64,000 nucleotides of DNA from the NCBI GenBank assembly GCA_036785375.1, contig JAWMAR010002538.1, positions 62,001 to 126,000 on the forward strand, read 5' to 3'. Each line of letters opens with the position of its first letter. Within the stretch, counting starts at the first letter, position 1. The position numbers were made by a program, and so were the translations under genes. Of this stretch, positions 38,039 to 50,460 are shown one piece after another. Source of the stretch: Leucoraja ocellata (taxonomy: Eukaryota). The notes beneath the pieces were generated by a model. It ran no database searches. It was given only the letters and a program-made list of their open reading frames with translations, and had not been told where the DNA came from.

Positions 38039-39920
38039 CAGTGCCCTCCATAATGTTTGGGACAAAGACCCATCATTTATTTATTCGCCTCTGTACTCCA
38101 CAATTTGAAATTTGTAATAGAAAAAAACCACATGTTAAAGTGTACAGTCACATTTTATACATTTTGGTTTCACCATGTAGAAATTACAGCAGTGTTTACA
38201 CATAGTCTCCCCATTTCAGGGCAGCATAATGTTTGGGACACATGGCTTCACAGGCATTTGTAATTGTCCAGGTGTGTTTAATTGCCTCCTTAATGCAGGT
38301 ATAAGAAAGCTCTCAGCACCTAGTCTTTCCTCCTGTCTCTCCATCACCCTTGGAAACTTTTATTGCTGTTTATCAACATGAGGACCAAAGTTGTGCCAAT
38401 GAAAGTCAAAGAAGCCATTATAAGACTGAGAAACAAGAATACAGCTGTCAGAGACATCAGCCGAACTTCAGGCTTATGAAAATCAACTGTTTGGAACATC
38501 ATTAAGAAGTAAGTTCCCGATGTTGGGGGAGTCCAGAACCAGGGGCCACAGTTTAAGAATCAGGGTTAAGCCATTTAGAATTGAGACAAGGAAACACTTT
38601 TTCACACAGAGTTGTGAGTCTGTGGAATTTTCTGCCTTAGAGGCCGGTTCTCTGGATACTTTCAAGAGAGAGCTAGATAGAGCTCTTAAAGATAGCGGAG
38701 TCAGGGGATTTGGGGAGAAGGCAGGAATGGGGTACTGATTGGGGATGATCAGCCATAAACACATAGAATGGCGATGCTGGCTCGAAGGGCCGAATGGCCT
38801 ATTCCTGCACCTATTGTCTATTGAAAGAGAGCACTGGTGAGCTTACTAATCGCAAAGGGACTGGCAGGCCAAGGAAGACCTCCACAGCTGGTGACAGAAG
38901 AATTCTCTGAATAATAGAGAAAAATCCCCAAAACACCTGTCCGACAGATCAGACACACTCTTCAGGAGTCAGGTGGTGGATTTGTCAATGACCACTGTCC
39001 GCAGAAGACTTCATGAACAGAAATATAGAGGCTACACTGCAAGATGCAAACCACTGGTTAGCCACAAAAATAGGATGGCCAGGTTACAATTTGCCAAGAA
39101 GTACTTAAAAGAGCAACCACAACTCTGGAAAAAGGTCTTGTGGACAGATGAGATGAAGTTTAACATATCAGAGTAATGCCAAGAGCAAAGTATGGAGGTG
39201 AGAAGGAACTGCCCAAGAACCAAAACATACCACCTCATCTGTGAAACAGTGTTATGGCCTGGGCACGTATGGCTGCTGAAGGTACTGGCTCACTTATCTT
39301 CATTGATGATACAATTGCTGATGGAAGTAGCATAATGAATTCTTAAGTGTATAGATACATCCTATCTGCTCAAGTTCAACCAAATGCCTCAAAACTCATT
39401 GGCTGGTGGTTTATTCTACAGCAAGACAATGATCCCAAACATACTGCTAAAGCAACAAAGGAGTTTTTCAAAGTTAAAACATTCTTTGAGGTCAATCACC
39501 CGATCTGAACACAATTGAGCATGTGTTTATATGCTGAAGAGAAAACTGAAGGGGACTAACCCACAAAACAAGCATAAGCTAAAGATGGCTGCAATTCAGG
39601 CCTGGCAGAGCATCATCAGAGAAGACACCCAGCAACTGGTGATGTCCATGAATCGCAGACTTCAAGCAGTCATTGCAGGCAAAGGATATGCAACAAAATA
39701 CTAAACATGACTGGTTTCATTTACATGACATTGCTGTGTCCCAAACATTATGGTGCCCTGAAATGGGGGGACTATATATAAACACTGCTGTAATTTCTAC
39801 ATGGTGAAACCAAAATGTATAAAAATGGCCTTTAATAAAATCTGACAATGTGCCCTTTAACCACATGTGATGTTTTCTATTACAAATCTCAAATTGTGGA
39901 GTACAGAGGCAAATAAATAA
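38039..39920 (+). mobile_element. Tc1-family DNA transposon (long IR/DR TIRs); decayed transposase 38378-39704; right terminus truncated
   Basis: TA|CAGTGCCC start; DR cataatgtttgggaca at both ends of the left TIR; TTVRRRLHE...WKKVLWTDE, QQDNDPKH, KGYATKY*; right TIR ~39737-39920 lacks the outer ~35 bp. Confidence 0.93.
38512..38823 (+). mobile_element. CR1 3' fragment inserted in the Tc1 transposase
   Basis: MLGESRTRGHSLRIR... plus (CTATTGT) tail; Tc1 sequence resumes at ~38824. Confidence 0.9.
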
Positions 39921-40564
39921 ACAAAGAAGGTAGTTGCACACAATAAATATAAAATAAATATAAAATAAGACCTCTCAAGTTTCCAATTTTAATAATATTC
40001 TTCAACAAAATCTGATCTTTTTTTACAATCTGGACGTGGTGAGCATGATGCCTTTTCCAAGGTAACTAACTACTGGTTGTTACTGGACAGCCACACTAAT
40101 CATTCTCCAATTGATACATATAAATACATAGTATTCATTTTAAGAATATTTTATAAAGCTATTTATAAAGCTATTTATAAAATATAGAGGCACATATAGA
40201 GTGCCTATATTTCCTTTCTTAGTAGAAATATTGCTCATTTTGAAATATAAATGTGTATATTTTTTGGCTAGTATCACAATAATTAGGTTCTACGTGAATT
40301 CTAATCTTAGATCAGAGAATGACAGGAAGAGGCCTCTCAACTTATTTTACCTGTGCCGGCCATTCTTACATCCATCCAAGTGCCCCGTTTCCTTGTACAT
40401 TCCTCATTGCATTATTAACATTTTCCCTTTCAAGTGTCTTTTCATTTTTTCTTTGAACATTATTACCAGAAGAGTCCACACTTTGTTTGCAGACAGTCCA
40501 CCCAAATCGGGACCATTCTGTGTGAAATTGTTTTGTCATATGGCGCTGGTTCTTTTGTCAATCA

Positions 40565-41330
40565 CACAATACAATACTACTTTATTAGCCAAGTATATTT
40601 TGTAACATACAAGGAATTTCATTTGCCAAGTCAGTCATACAAATAAAAAGCAATGGAACACACAAAATACATTTTACCATAAACGTCCATTACAGTGACT
40701 CCTCCACATTCCTCACTGTGATGGAAGGCGAAAAAAAAGTTCAATCTCTTCACTTCTTTGTTCTCCGTTCGTTTGTTCTTTGTTCTTTGTTCGGGGGCCT
40801 CGAACCTTCCGTTGATCGGATGATCTGGACACCCGTGGCCGACAGCATTCGGACTTTCCGTGTCCAGGCGATCAGCTCCTGTATCGGGGGGATGTCAGCT
40901 CTCCCACATCAGGCGATCGAAACCCCGGGTGGGGGGTGGTCGAAACTTTCTGCGTCGTTGGAGCTTCCGACTCTTCCTCTCCGAGACTGCGAGCCCTTGA
41001 TGTAAAGTCCGCAGGCCGCGGTTGGAGTGATCCCAAGCAAGGGATCGGCTCCGATGTTAAGTCCACGCCCTGCGGTAGGGCTCAAAATCAGTTTGAGGAG
41101 GCCTCCAGCTCCACGATGTTAGGCCGCAGAGCGACCGGAGATATGATCCAGAAAACAATCGCATCTCCGGCAAGGTAAGAGATTGAAAAAAAAGTTTCCC
41201 CCTCCCCCCCACATAAAACAAACCGGAGAACATTTACACAAATGTTTTAAATGCACTGAAAATAACAAAAAAAGATGAAAAAACAGACAGAATGTTGGCG
41301 GGGCTGCCAATCGTGCGGCGCCCCTGGTGG
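40565..41330 (-). mobile_element. Non-autonomous ~760-bp GC-rich retroelement (SINE-like/Rex1-associated)
   Basis: (ATACA)-like tail on the left, 3' hairpin at 40686-40725; architecture shared with 62003-62755. Confidence 0.6.
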
Positions 41331-42064
41331 TACTAAGTTTGTATCTTCCGATTCCTAACCGTTCTGTTACTGTGAAATTTTTCTTTATTTACATTCAATC
41401 CATTCCTAATTTTGAACAGACGTATCTCGTTTTATACTACCCTGCCCTAAAGATAACACAATTATCTAATCCAGTTGTTCTATGCAAGTGGTGTCCTTCA
41501 ACCATAATAATATGGCATTTGTATATTAGAGATGATAAACAGCAAAGCATCTCAACTGACAAACAGAAATTAATGTTATGATTGTGGCAACCAACTAGTG
41601 CAACACGTGTTTTGTGTTATCTGCATATTTTGTTTCTAATTGAAAAATCAGAAAGGTCAGTTCACCATCTGGGAAGTATACATGGAAAATAAACAGCTGG
41701 CTGTGGGTTACAAATCTGTAACATACTTGAGGGATTTGGATGACGTCAAGCAGTTTACACAGTAATCCAAACCCAAGAGTGTAATACGGCCTACATATTC
41801 TTCCAGTCATCACTTAAAACATATTCAACCTCGTTTTTATTTGTTCAGACCATTTCCATTGGAGGTTTACCATTGAAATGTGATTTTTTTGTTAGCATTG
41901 ATAACTGCAACATTTTCTCTTAACATTCAGGTGATAGAACAGGGAGTATTTTACAGCCTAACAACCCTATTATATTAGGCAAATAACATGAATAAAGGAT
42001 TTTACCAAATAATTACCAGATGTAGAAGAAGAGATTGATTTTTCCCATATTACTTTGTGCCATC

Positions 42065-42325
42065 ACCCTAGCCCATTACACCCATCCCTAGAACACATGG
42101 ATAAGAGAAATACCTTTGTCAGACTCCTATTCATAGACTACAACTCTGCCTTTAATACCATGATACCATCCAAGCATCACCAAATTAGTGGGACATGGTG
42201 TCAGCACTCATCTCTGTAACTGGATCCTCAGCTTCCCAACCAACAGACCCCCCCAATCAGTGAGGATAGGGAACAAATCATCCTCCACGATAATCAACAC
42301 GGGGGCTCCACAAGAATGCGTTAAT
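42065..42325 (+). mobile_element. Rex1/Babar RT fragment
   Basis: Encodes [17 protein letters not shown]...LCNWILSF...TGAPQEC. Confidence 0.75.
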
Positions 42326-42519
42326 GTAATAAAACCACAAATTAGTTGCCGGTGATTTTTCTCATGGGAGGTAATCACCTAAATTTCAAACATTTTTATT
42401 GAATTGGACAGCAATGAGTTGATATTTATTTTAGGGGGTACTCTCATGAGGAGAATAGACCAACAATTAATTGCAAAATTGCTCTCCAAAATATGGTCCA
42501 ACATAAAATGTTGAATTTA

Positions 42520-43210
42520 ATTTAGTTTATTGTCACGTGTAGCGAGGTACAGTGAAAAGCTTTTCTTGCATGCTAATCAGTCAGCTGAAAGACAATACAT
42601 GATTACAATCAATCCATTTAAAATGTATAGATACATGATAAAGGAATAACATTTAGTTATTCTAGGTAAAGCCAGCAAAGTCCAATCAAGTATACAAGGG
42701 TCATCAAAGAGGTAGATATTGCACTGCTCTCTGGTTGTGGTAGGATGATTCAGTTACCTGTTAACAGCTGGAAAGAAACTATCCCCAAATCTGGTGGTGT
42801 GCATTTTCAGACCTTATACCTTTTGCCTGATGGGAGAAGGGAGAAGAGGGAGTGGCCAGGGTACCACCCATCCTTGATTATGCTGCTGGCCCTGCCAAGG
42901 TGGTGTGAGGTATAAATGGAGTTAATAGAGGGAGGTTGGTTTGTGTGATGGTCTGAGCAGCATCCACAATTATTTGCAATTTCATGCAGTCTTGGATGGA
43001 GTTGTTCCCAAACCAAGCTGGGATGCATCCTGATAAAATGCTTTCTATGGTGCATCTGTAGAAGTTTATGAGTTGTAGGGGACATGCCAAACTTTCTAAG
43101 TTTTCTAAGGAAGTAGAGGCATTGGTGTGCTTTCTTGGTCGTTGCTTCAAAAGAGTGGTCCAGGAGAAATTGTTAGTGATATTGACTCCCGGGAATTTGA
43201 AGTTTTCAAC
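42520..43210 (-). mobile_element. Rex1/Babar LINE 3' part
   Basis: NFYRCTIESILSGCIPAWFGN plus the shared 3' UTR. Confidence 0.88.
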
Positions 43211-43780
43211 TCAACAGTCCAGAGTCGCCTTCCAGAGGGAAGTGATTCAAAGAGTTTGTGGCCAGGGTGAGAGGGGTCAGAGATGATCTTGCCTGCTCGC
43301 TTCCTGGCCCTTGCAGTGTACAGTTCATCAGTGGAGGGAAGGTTGCAGCCAATAACCTTCTCCACTGATCGGACGATTTGCTGCAGCCTCCAGCTGTCGT
43401 GCTTGGTGGCTGAGCCAAACCAGACCATGATGGAGAAGGTGAGAACAGACTCTACGAGGGCTGTGTAGAATTGGACCATCATTGCCTGTGGCAGATTGTG
43501 CTTCCTCAGTTGCCGTAGGAAGTACATCCTCTATTGTGCCTTTTTGACTATGGAGTCGTTAGTAGCCCCCCACTTATGGTCCTTGGAGATGATGGTTCCC
43601 AGGAACTGAAAAGACTCCACAGATGTGACTGTGGTGTTGTTGATGGTGAGTGGGGTGAGGGGAGGGGGAGCTCTCCTAAAGTCTACAATCAATTCCACTG
43701 TCTTAAGAGCATTGAGCTCTAGGTTGTTGCGATGGCACCAGGATGCCAGCTGTGACACTTCCTGTCTGGAGGCAGATTCC
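43211..43780 (-). mobile_element. Second Rex1/Babar family RT C-terminal fragment
   Basis: WCHRNNLELNALKTVELIVDFRR and MYFLRQLRKHNLPQAMMVQFYTALVESVLT. Confidence 0.88.
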
Positions 43781-43785
43781 TTCCC

Positions 43786-43955
43786 ATCCTACCCAAGAGG
43801 ACTTGAGGCTGCAATCGTTGCCATAGGTACCTCAACAAAGTACTGAGTGAAGGGTCTGAATACTTATGTAGATGTGATATTTCAGTTATTTCTTTTTAAT
43901 TACTTTGCAAAATAAATGTAAACACCTGTATCTGCTTTTTAATTATGCGGTATTG
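43786..43955 (+). mobile_element. 3' fragment of a different Tc1 family (transposase end plus inner right TIR)
   Basis: SYPRGLEAAIVAIGTSTKY* followed by aagggtctgaatacttatgta. Confidence 0.8.
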
Positions 43956-44497
43956 ACCTGCCAGTCCCTATGCGATTTGTAAGCTCACCAGTGCTCTCTT
44001 TCTTCATAATTATGTTCCAAACAGTTGATTTGGGTAAGCCTAAGGTTTGGCTAGTGTCTCTAACAGTTTTATTCTTGTTTCTCAGTCTCATAATGGCTTA
44101 TTTGGCTTTCATTGGCACAATTTGGTCCTCATGTTGATAAACAGCAATAAAAGTTTCCAAAGTTGATGGAAAGACTGGAGGAAAGACTAGGTGCGGAGAG
44201 CTCTCTTATACCTGCATTAAGTAGGCGATTAAACACACCTGAGCAATTACAAACACCTGTGAAGCCATCTGTCCCAAACATTATGGTGTCCTGAAATGGG
44301 GGGGGGGGGGACTATGTATAAACACAGCATAATTTCCTCATGGCGAAACCAAAATGTATAAAAATGACCTTTAATAAAATCTGACAATGTGCACTTTAAC
44401 CACATGTGATTTTTGTCTATACAAATCTCAAATTGTGGAGTACAGAGGCAAATAAATAAATGATGGATCTTTATCCCAAACATTATGGAGGGTACTG
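43956..44497 (-). mobile_element. 5' half of a second copy of the 38039 Tc1 family, inverted
   Basis: Reverse complement of 38039-38870 without the CR1 insert; ends ...ggagggtactg|TA. Confidence 0.92.
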
Positions 44498-45350
44498 TAT
44501 ATCATTTTGTGTATTAACCAGCATCTGCAGCAGTTTGTTTCTATGACTTGTGCAGCGATAATCCCTCACTCAGTTATAGCAGACAATTGACAATAATGGA
44601 TACCATTCCCCCCCCACTATGGTCCGTTATTATAAAAGTTCACCATATGTAATCCTACTCTATATTCAAGAGGTCTAAATCTTTTATCCATAGTAAACTT
44701 AATGTACATCTGCAGGACAGATGAAATAATTGCTACTTCAAATGGTCTGTTTGGAGGTCCATGTAAAAGGTAGCTTGTAAGATCCAATAAAACATTTGAG
44801 GCTAGCTACGTACCAAATTCAAATCACATCATAAAATATGCTACACATAATTATACATAGCAAATAATCTATTTATTGAAAAAATGTTGAGTTAGGGACC
44901 TATTCTGAACAAGCTTAAACATGCATTACACATCTTTCTTTGGTTATCTTTACCACACAAAGTTGCATTGAGCACACAAAATACCTTAATGCCTGGAGGC
45001 TGTGGCAAGGGAATGTGCAATTTGGCCAACAAGTAACCATTTACCTCGCTCAAATTGACCAGGACGACACAACTAAAAAGACCCAATGGTTATTAGCCTT
45101 CAGTTTCACTGCGTTTGCAAACAGTTACCAAACAAACCAATGTTGCTCAATGGTTTCAAAATTCACTTTGAATTGTCTATTAACTAGACATAACAATAAT
45201 GCTGCCTATTCTGTACATGAACGTGGCAGAGTTAAAGTGATCAACTTTTATAATACATCCACTGAGTTATTGGGAGAGGTTAAGCAGACGAGGGCTTTAT
45301 TCCTTGGAGCGCATGAGGATGAGGGGAGATCTTATAGAGGTGTACAAAAT

Positions 45351-46888
45351 CATAGAAACATAGAAACATAGAAATTAGGTGCAGGAGTAGGCCATTCGGC
45401 CCTTCGAGCCTGCACCGTCATTCAATATGATCATGGCTGATCATCCAACTCAGTATCCCGTACCTGCCTTCTCTCCATACCCCCTGATCCCCTTAGCCAC
45501 AAGGGCCACATCTAACTCCCTCTTAAATATAGCCAACGAACTGGCCTCAACTACCCTCTGTGGCAGAGAGTTCCAGAGATTCACCACTCTCTGCGTGAAA
45601 AAAGTTCTTCCCATCTCGGTTTTAAAGGATTTCCCCTTTATCCTTAAGCTGTGACCCCTTGTCCTGGACTTCCCTAACATCGGGAACAATCTTCCTGCAT
45701 CTAGCCTGTCCAACCCCTTAAGAATTTTGTAAGTTTCTATAAGATCCCCTCTCAATCTTCTAAATTCTAGAGAGTATAAACCAAGTCTATCCAGTCTTTC
45801 TTCATAAGACAGTCCTGACATCCCAGGAATCAGTCTGGTGAACCGTCTCTGCACTCCCTCTATGGCAATAATGTCCTTCCTCAGATTTGGAGACCAAAAC
45901 TGTACGCAATACTCCAGGTGTGGTCTCACCAAGACCCTGTACAACTGCAGTAGAACCTCTCTGCTCCTATACTCAAATCCTTTTGCAATGAAAGCTAACA
46001 TACCATTCGCTTTCTTTACTGCCTGCTGCACCTGCATGCCTACCTTCAATGACTGGTGTACCAGGACACCCAGGTCTCGCTGCATCTCCCCCTTTCCCAA
46101 TCGGCCACCATTTAGATAAGTCTGCTTTCCTGTTTTTGCCACCAAAATGGATAACCTCACATTTATCCACATTATACTGCATCTGCCAAACATTTGCCCA
46201 CTCACCCAGCCTATCCAAGTCACCCTGCAGTCTCCTAGCATCCTCCTCACAGCTAACACTGCCCCCCAGCTTAGTGTCATCCGCAAACTTGGAGATATTG
46301 CCTTCAATTCCCTCATCCAGATCATTAATATATATTGTAAATAGCTGGGGTCCCAGTACTGAGCCTTGGGGTACCCCACTAGTCACTGCCTGTCATTGTG
46401 AAAAGGACCCGTTTACTCCTACTCTTTGCTTCCTGTTTGCCAGCCAGTTCTCTATCCACATCAATACTGAACCCCCAATGCCTTGTGCTTTAAGTTTGTA
46501 TACTAATTTCTTATGTGGGACCTTGTCGAAAGCCTTCTGGAAGTCCAGATACACCACATCCACTGGTTCTCCCCTATCCACGCTACTAGTTACATCCTCG
46601 AAAAATTCTATAAGATTCGTCAGACATGATTTACCTTTCGTAAATCCATGCTGACTTTGTCCAATGATTTCACCACTTTCCAAATGTGCTGCTATCCCAT
46701 CTTTAATAACTGACTCTAGCAGTTTCCCCACTACCGATGTTAGACTAACTGGTCTGTAATTCCCCATTTTCTCTCTCCCTCCCTTCTTAAAAAGTGGGGT
46801 TACGTTTGCTACCCGCCAATCTTCAGGAACTACTCCAGAATCTAAAGAGTTTTGAAAGATTATTACTAATGCATCCACTATTTCTGGA
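45351..46888 (-). mobile_element. Young 5'-truncated CR1 LINE nested in an older plus-strand CR1 (45280-47270)
   Basis: ORFs 46393-47079, 45973-46386 and 45450-46379; probable TSD aaatcat at 45347-45353 and 46895-46901. Confidence 0.95.
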
Positions 46889-47336
46889 CCTCTGAAATCA
46901 TGAAAGGAATAGATTGAATTGAATTGAATTGAATTGAATTGAATTTCCTTTATTGGGTAAACGCACTGAGTCCTTTGCACAGAGTAGAGGAATCGAGAAC
47001 CAGAGGACAAAGGTTTAAGTTGAGGGGAGCCCAAAGGGTAACTTTTTTTTACACAAAGATTGTTGGGTGTATGGAACAAGCCACTGGAGTAGGTAGTTGC
47101 GGCAGGGACTATTGCAAAGTTTAAGAAACATTTAGACAGGTACGTCGATAGGGTAGGTTTAGAAGGATATTGGCTAAAAGCAGGCAGGTGGGACTAGTGT
47201 AGATGCGGCATGTTTGTCAGCATGGGCAAGTTGGGCAGAAGGGCTTGTTTCCTCGCTGTATGACCATGACCCACTGACAGGCACAGCTGTTTTGAGGCGA
47301 CCCATTGTGTAATCTACAATAATTATAGGCAGCATG

Positions 47337-49274
47337 AAGTAAATGAGGTGCTTGTGGAGTATAAGGAATGTAAAAAGAATCTTAAGAAAGAAATTAGAAA
47401 AGCTAAAAGAAGATATGAGGTTGCTTTGGCAAGTAAGGTGAAAGTAAATCCAAAGGTTTTCTATAGCTATATTAATAGCAAAAGGATAACGAGGGATAAA
47501 ATTGGTCCATTGGAGAGACAGAGTGGGCAGCTATCTGCAGAGCCAAAAGAGATGGGGGAGATATTGAACAATTTATTTTCTTCGGTATTCACCAAGGAGA
47601 AGGATATTGAATTATGTGAGGTAAGGGAAACGAGTAGAGTAGCTATGGATACTATGAGTTTCAAAGTAAAAGAAGTACTGACACTTTTGAAAAATATAAA
47701 AGTGGATAAGTCTCCAGGTCCTGACAGGATATTTCCTAGGACATTGAGGGAAGTTAGTGTAGAAATAGCTGGGGCTATGACAGAAATATTTCAAATGTCA
47801 TTAGAAACGGGGATAGTCCCCGAGGATTGGCGTACTGCGCATGTTGTTTAAAAAGGGTTCTAAGAGTAAACCTAGCAATTATAGACCTGTTAGTTTGGCT
47901 TCAGTGGTGGGCAAAATAATGGAAAAGATACTTAGAGATAATATATATAAGCATCTGGATAAACAGGGTCTGATTAGGAACAGTCAACATGGATTTGTGC
48001 CTGGAAGGTCATGTTTGACTAATCTTCTTGAATTTTTTGAAGAGGTTACTAGGGAAATTGACGAGGGTAAAGCAGTGGATGTTGTCTATATGGACTTTAG
48101 TAAGGCCTTTGACAAGGTTCCTCATGGAAGGTTGGTTAAGAAGGTTCAACTGTTGGGTATAAATGCAGGAATAGGAAGATGGATTCAACAGTGGCTGAAT
48201 GGGAGAAGCCAGAGGGTAATGGTGGATGGCTGTTTGTCGGGTTGGAGGCAGGTGACTAGTGGGGTGCCTCAGGGATCTGTGTTGGGTCCTTTGTTGTTTG
48301 TCATGTACATCAATGATCTGGATGAAGGGGTGGTAAATTGGATTAGTAAGTATGCAGATGATACCAAGATAGGGGGTGTTGTGGAAAATTAAGAGGATTT
48401 CCAAAGTCTACAGAGTGATTTAGGCCATTGGGAAAAATGGGCTGAAAGATGGCAGATGGAGTTTAATGCTGATAAATGTGAGGTGTTACACCTTGGCAGG
48501 ACAAATCAAAATAGGACGTACATGGTAAATGGTAGGGAATTGAAGAATACAGTTGAACAGAGGGATCTGGGAATAACCGTGCATAGTTCCTTGAAGGTGG
48601 AATCTCATATAGATAGGGTGGTAAAGAAAGCTTTTGGTATGCTAGCCTTTATAAATCAGAGCATTGAGTATAGAAACTGGGATGTAATGTTAAAATTGTA
48701 CAAGGCATTGGTGAGGCCAAATCTGGAGTATGGTGTACAATTTTGGTCGCCCAATTATAGGAAGGATGTCAACAAAATAGAGAGAGTACAGAGGAGATTT
48801 ACTAGAACGTTGCCTGGGTTTCAACAACTAAGTTACAGAGATAGGTTGAATAAGTTAGGTCTTTATTCTCTGGAGCGCAGAAGGTTAAGGGGGGACTTGA
48901 TAGAGGTCTTTAAAATGATGAGAGGGATAGACAAGAGTTGATGTGGACAAGCTTTTCCCTTTGAGAATAGGGAAGATTCAAACAAGAGGACATGACTTCA
49001 GAATTAAGGGACAGAAGTTTAGGGGTAACATGAGGGGGAATGTTTTTACTCAGAGAGTGGTAGCGGTGTGGAATGAGCTTCCAGTGGAATTGGTGGCGGC
49101 AGGTTCGTTGGTATCATTTAAAAATAAATTGGATAGGCATATGGATGAGAAGGGAATGGAGGGTTATGGTATGAGTGCAGGCAGGTAGGACTAAGGGAAA
49201 AAAGTTGTTCGTCACGGACTTGTAGGGCCGAGATGGCCTGTTTCCGTGCTGTAATTGTTATATGGTTATATGGT
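47337..49274 (+). mobile_element. 5'-truncated CR1 LINE, (TTATATGG)n subfamily
   Basis: ORF2 fragments 47348-49188 (KSPGPDRIFPR, NYRPVSL, YADD). Confidence 0.95.
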
Positions 49275-50009
49275 AACGTTGGAATGTTCGAGGGTTCTCT
49301 CATTGATGGTGGTGATGGTGGTGATGGTGGTGATGGGGTGATCGTGATTCCTACTAATGTTATAACCGATTCAATACAATTTCTGAAACAATAACCTATA
49401 ATAGAACACTTAAGATATACACAAAATGATGGAGTAACTCAGCGGGTCAGGCAGCTGGAGAAAAGGAATTGGTGACATTTCGGGTCAAGAACTTTCTTCA
49501 GACGGAGAGTCAGGGGAGTTTCAATACTGAGTTAAAAATATTTCATTTTTCTTTATTCACAATACCATCATCATCAAATGACTTTACAACTTTTAGATAA
49601 GAAAACAATCCTGGCTTGACACAAATATTATTCATGGAAACACAATAGTATAAACATTTCCAATCTGCCGTTTATACAAACACAACCAAGTTAATTGTGA
49701 GATATAATTACTGACATTTAGCAATTCTGTAAACAACTGATCAACCCACTGCTTTGACTTTTAAGCATCCACCACAACTCTTTCCGACTTGGGTTTTGCT
49801 TGGTTCCGAGTAAGACATCACCTTCCAGAAGAAGATTCATCTCTGAGGAACATCATCAACGAGACTTATCTTGTTCTCACTTGACAGACAAATGTATTCT
49901 TAAATGAGATACAAAAATAGGGCAAAGAGGCCAAGTATTCCTTTGATACTTGGGTACCTGGATAAAATGCAGCAGCCTTTGCATTAACTCAAAGACCAGA
50001 GACTGAACC

Positions 50010-50460
50010 CACAGAATCTCACAGGCCAGACACGCCACCATTGACTCCATCTGCACTGCACACTGACTCGGAAAAGCAACCAATGTTATTAAAGATTTGT
50101 CCCAGCCTGGTCATTCCTTCTCTCTGCTTCCGTACAGCAGCAGGTACAAAAGCTTGAAAGCGTACACTACCAGACTTCCTCCCTCTGTTCTCAAGCTTCT
50201 GAACTATCCTTCCATAAACTTGAGTGCTGTCCAATTCATCTCCACACTGTAGAGGACCTTGGACTTTTTCTATGGAACTGATGAGCTACAATCCTGAGAA
50301 CTATATTCTCCACTCTGTATCTTCCACTTTGTTCTATCTATTGGACTTCTATTCTATCTATTTGGATCTATGCATGGTAAATCTGATTTATTTGGATAGC
50401 ATGCATAACATAGCTTGTCACTGTACTCAGTACATGTGACAATAATAAACCTAAACCAAA
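50010..50460 (+). mobile_element. Old Rex1/Babar 3' end
   Basis: ccaccattgactccatctgcactgcacactg...caataataaacctaaacc. Confidence 0.7.

Noticed and set aside
41313-41330. CTCF-like motif ggcgcccctggtgg (and gcgccaccagg at ~19600)
   Set aside because: Spacing is one base off or the match is only partial; cannot be supported without a PWM scan or ChIP data.
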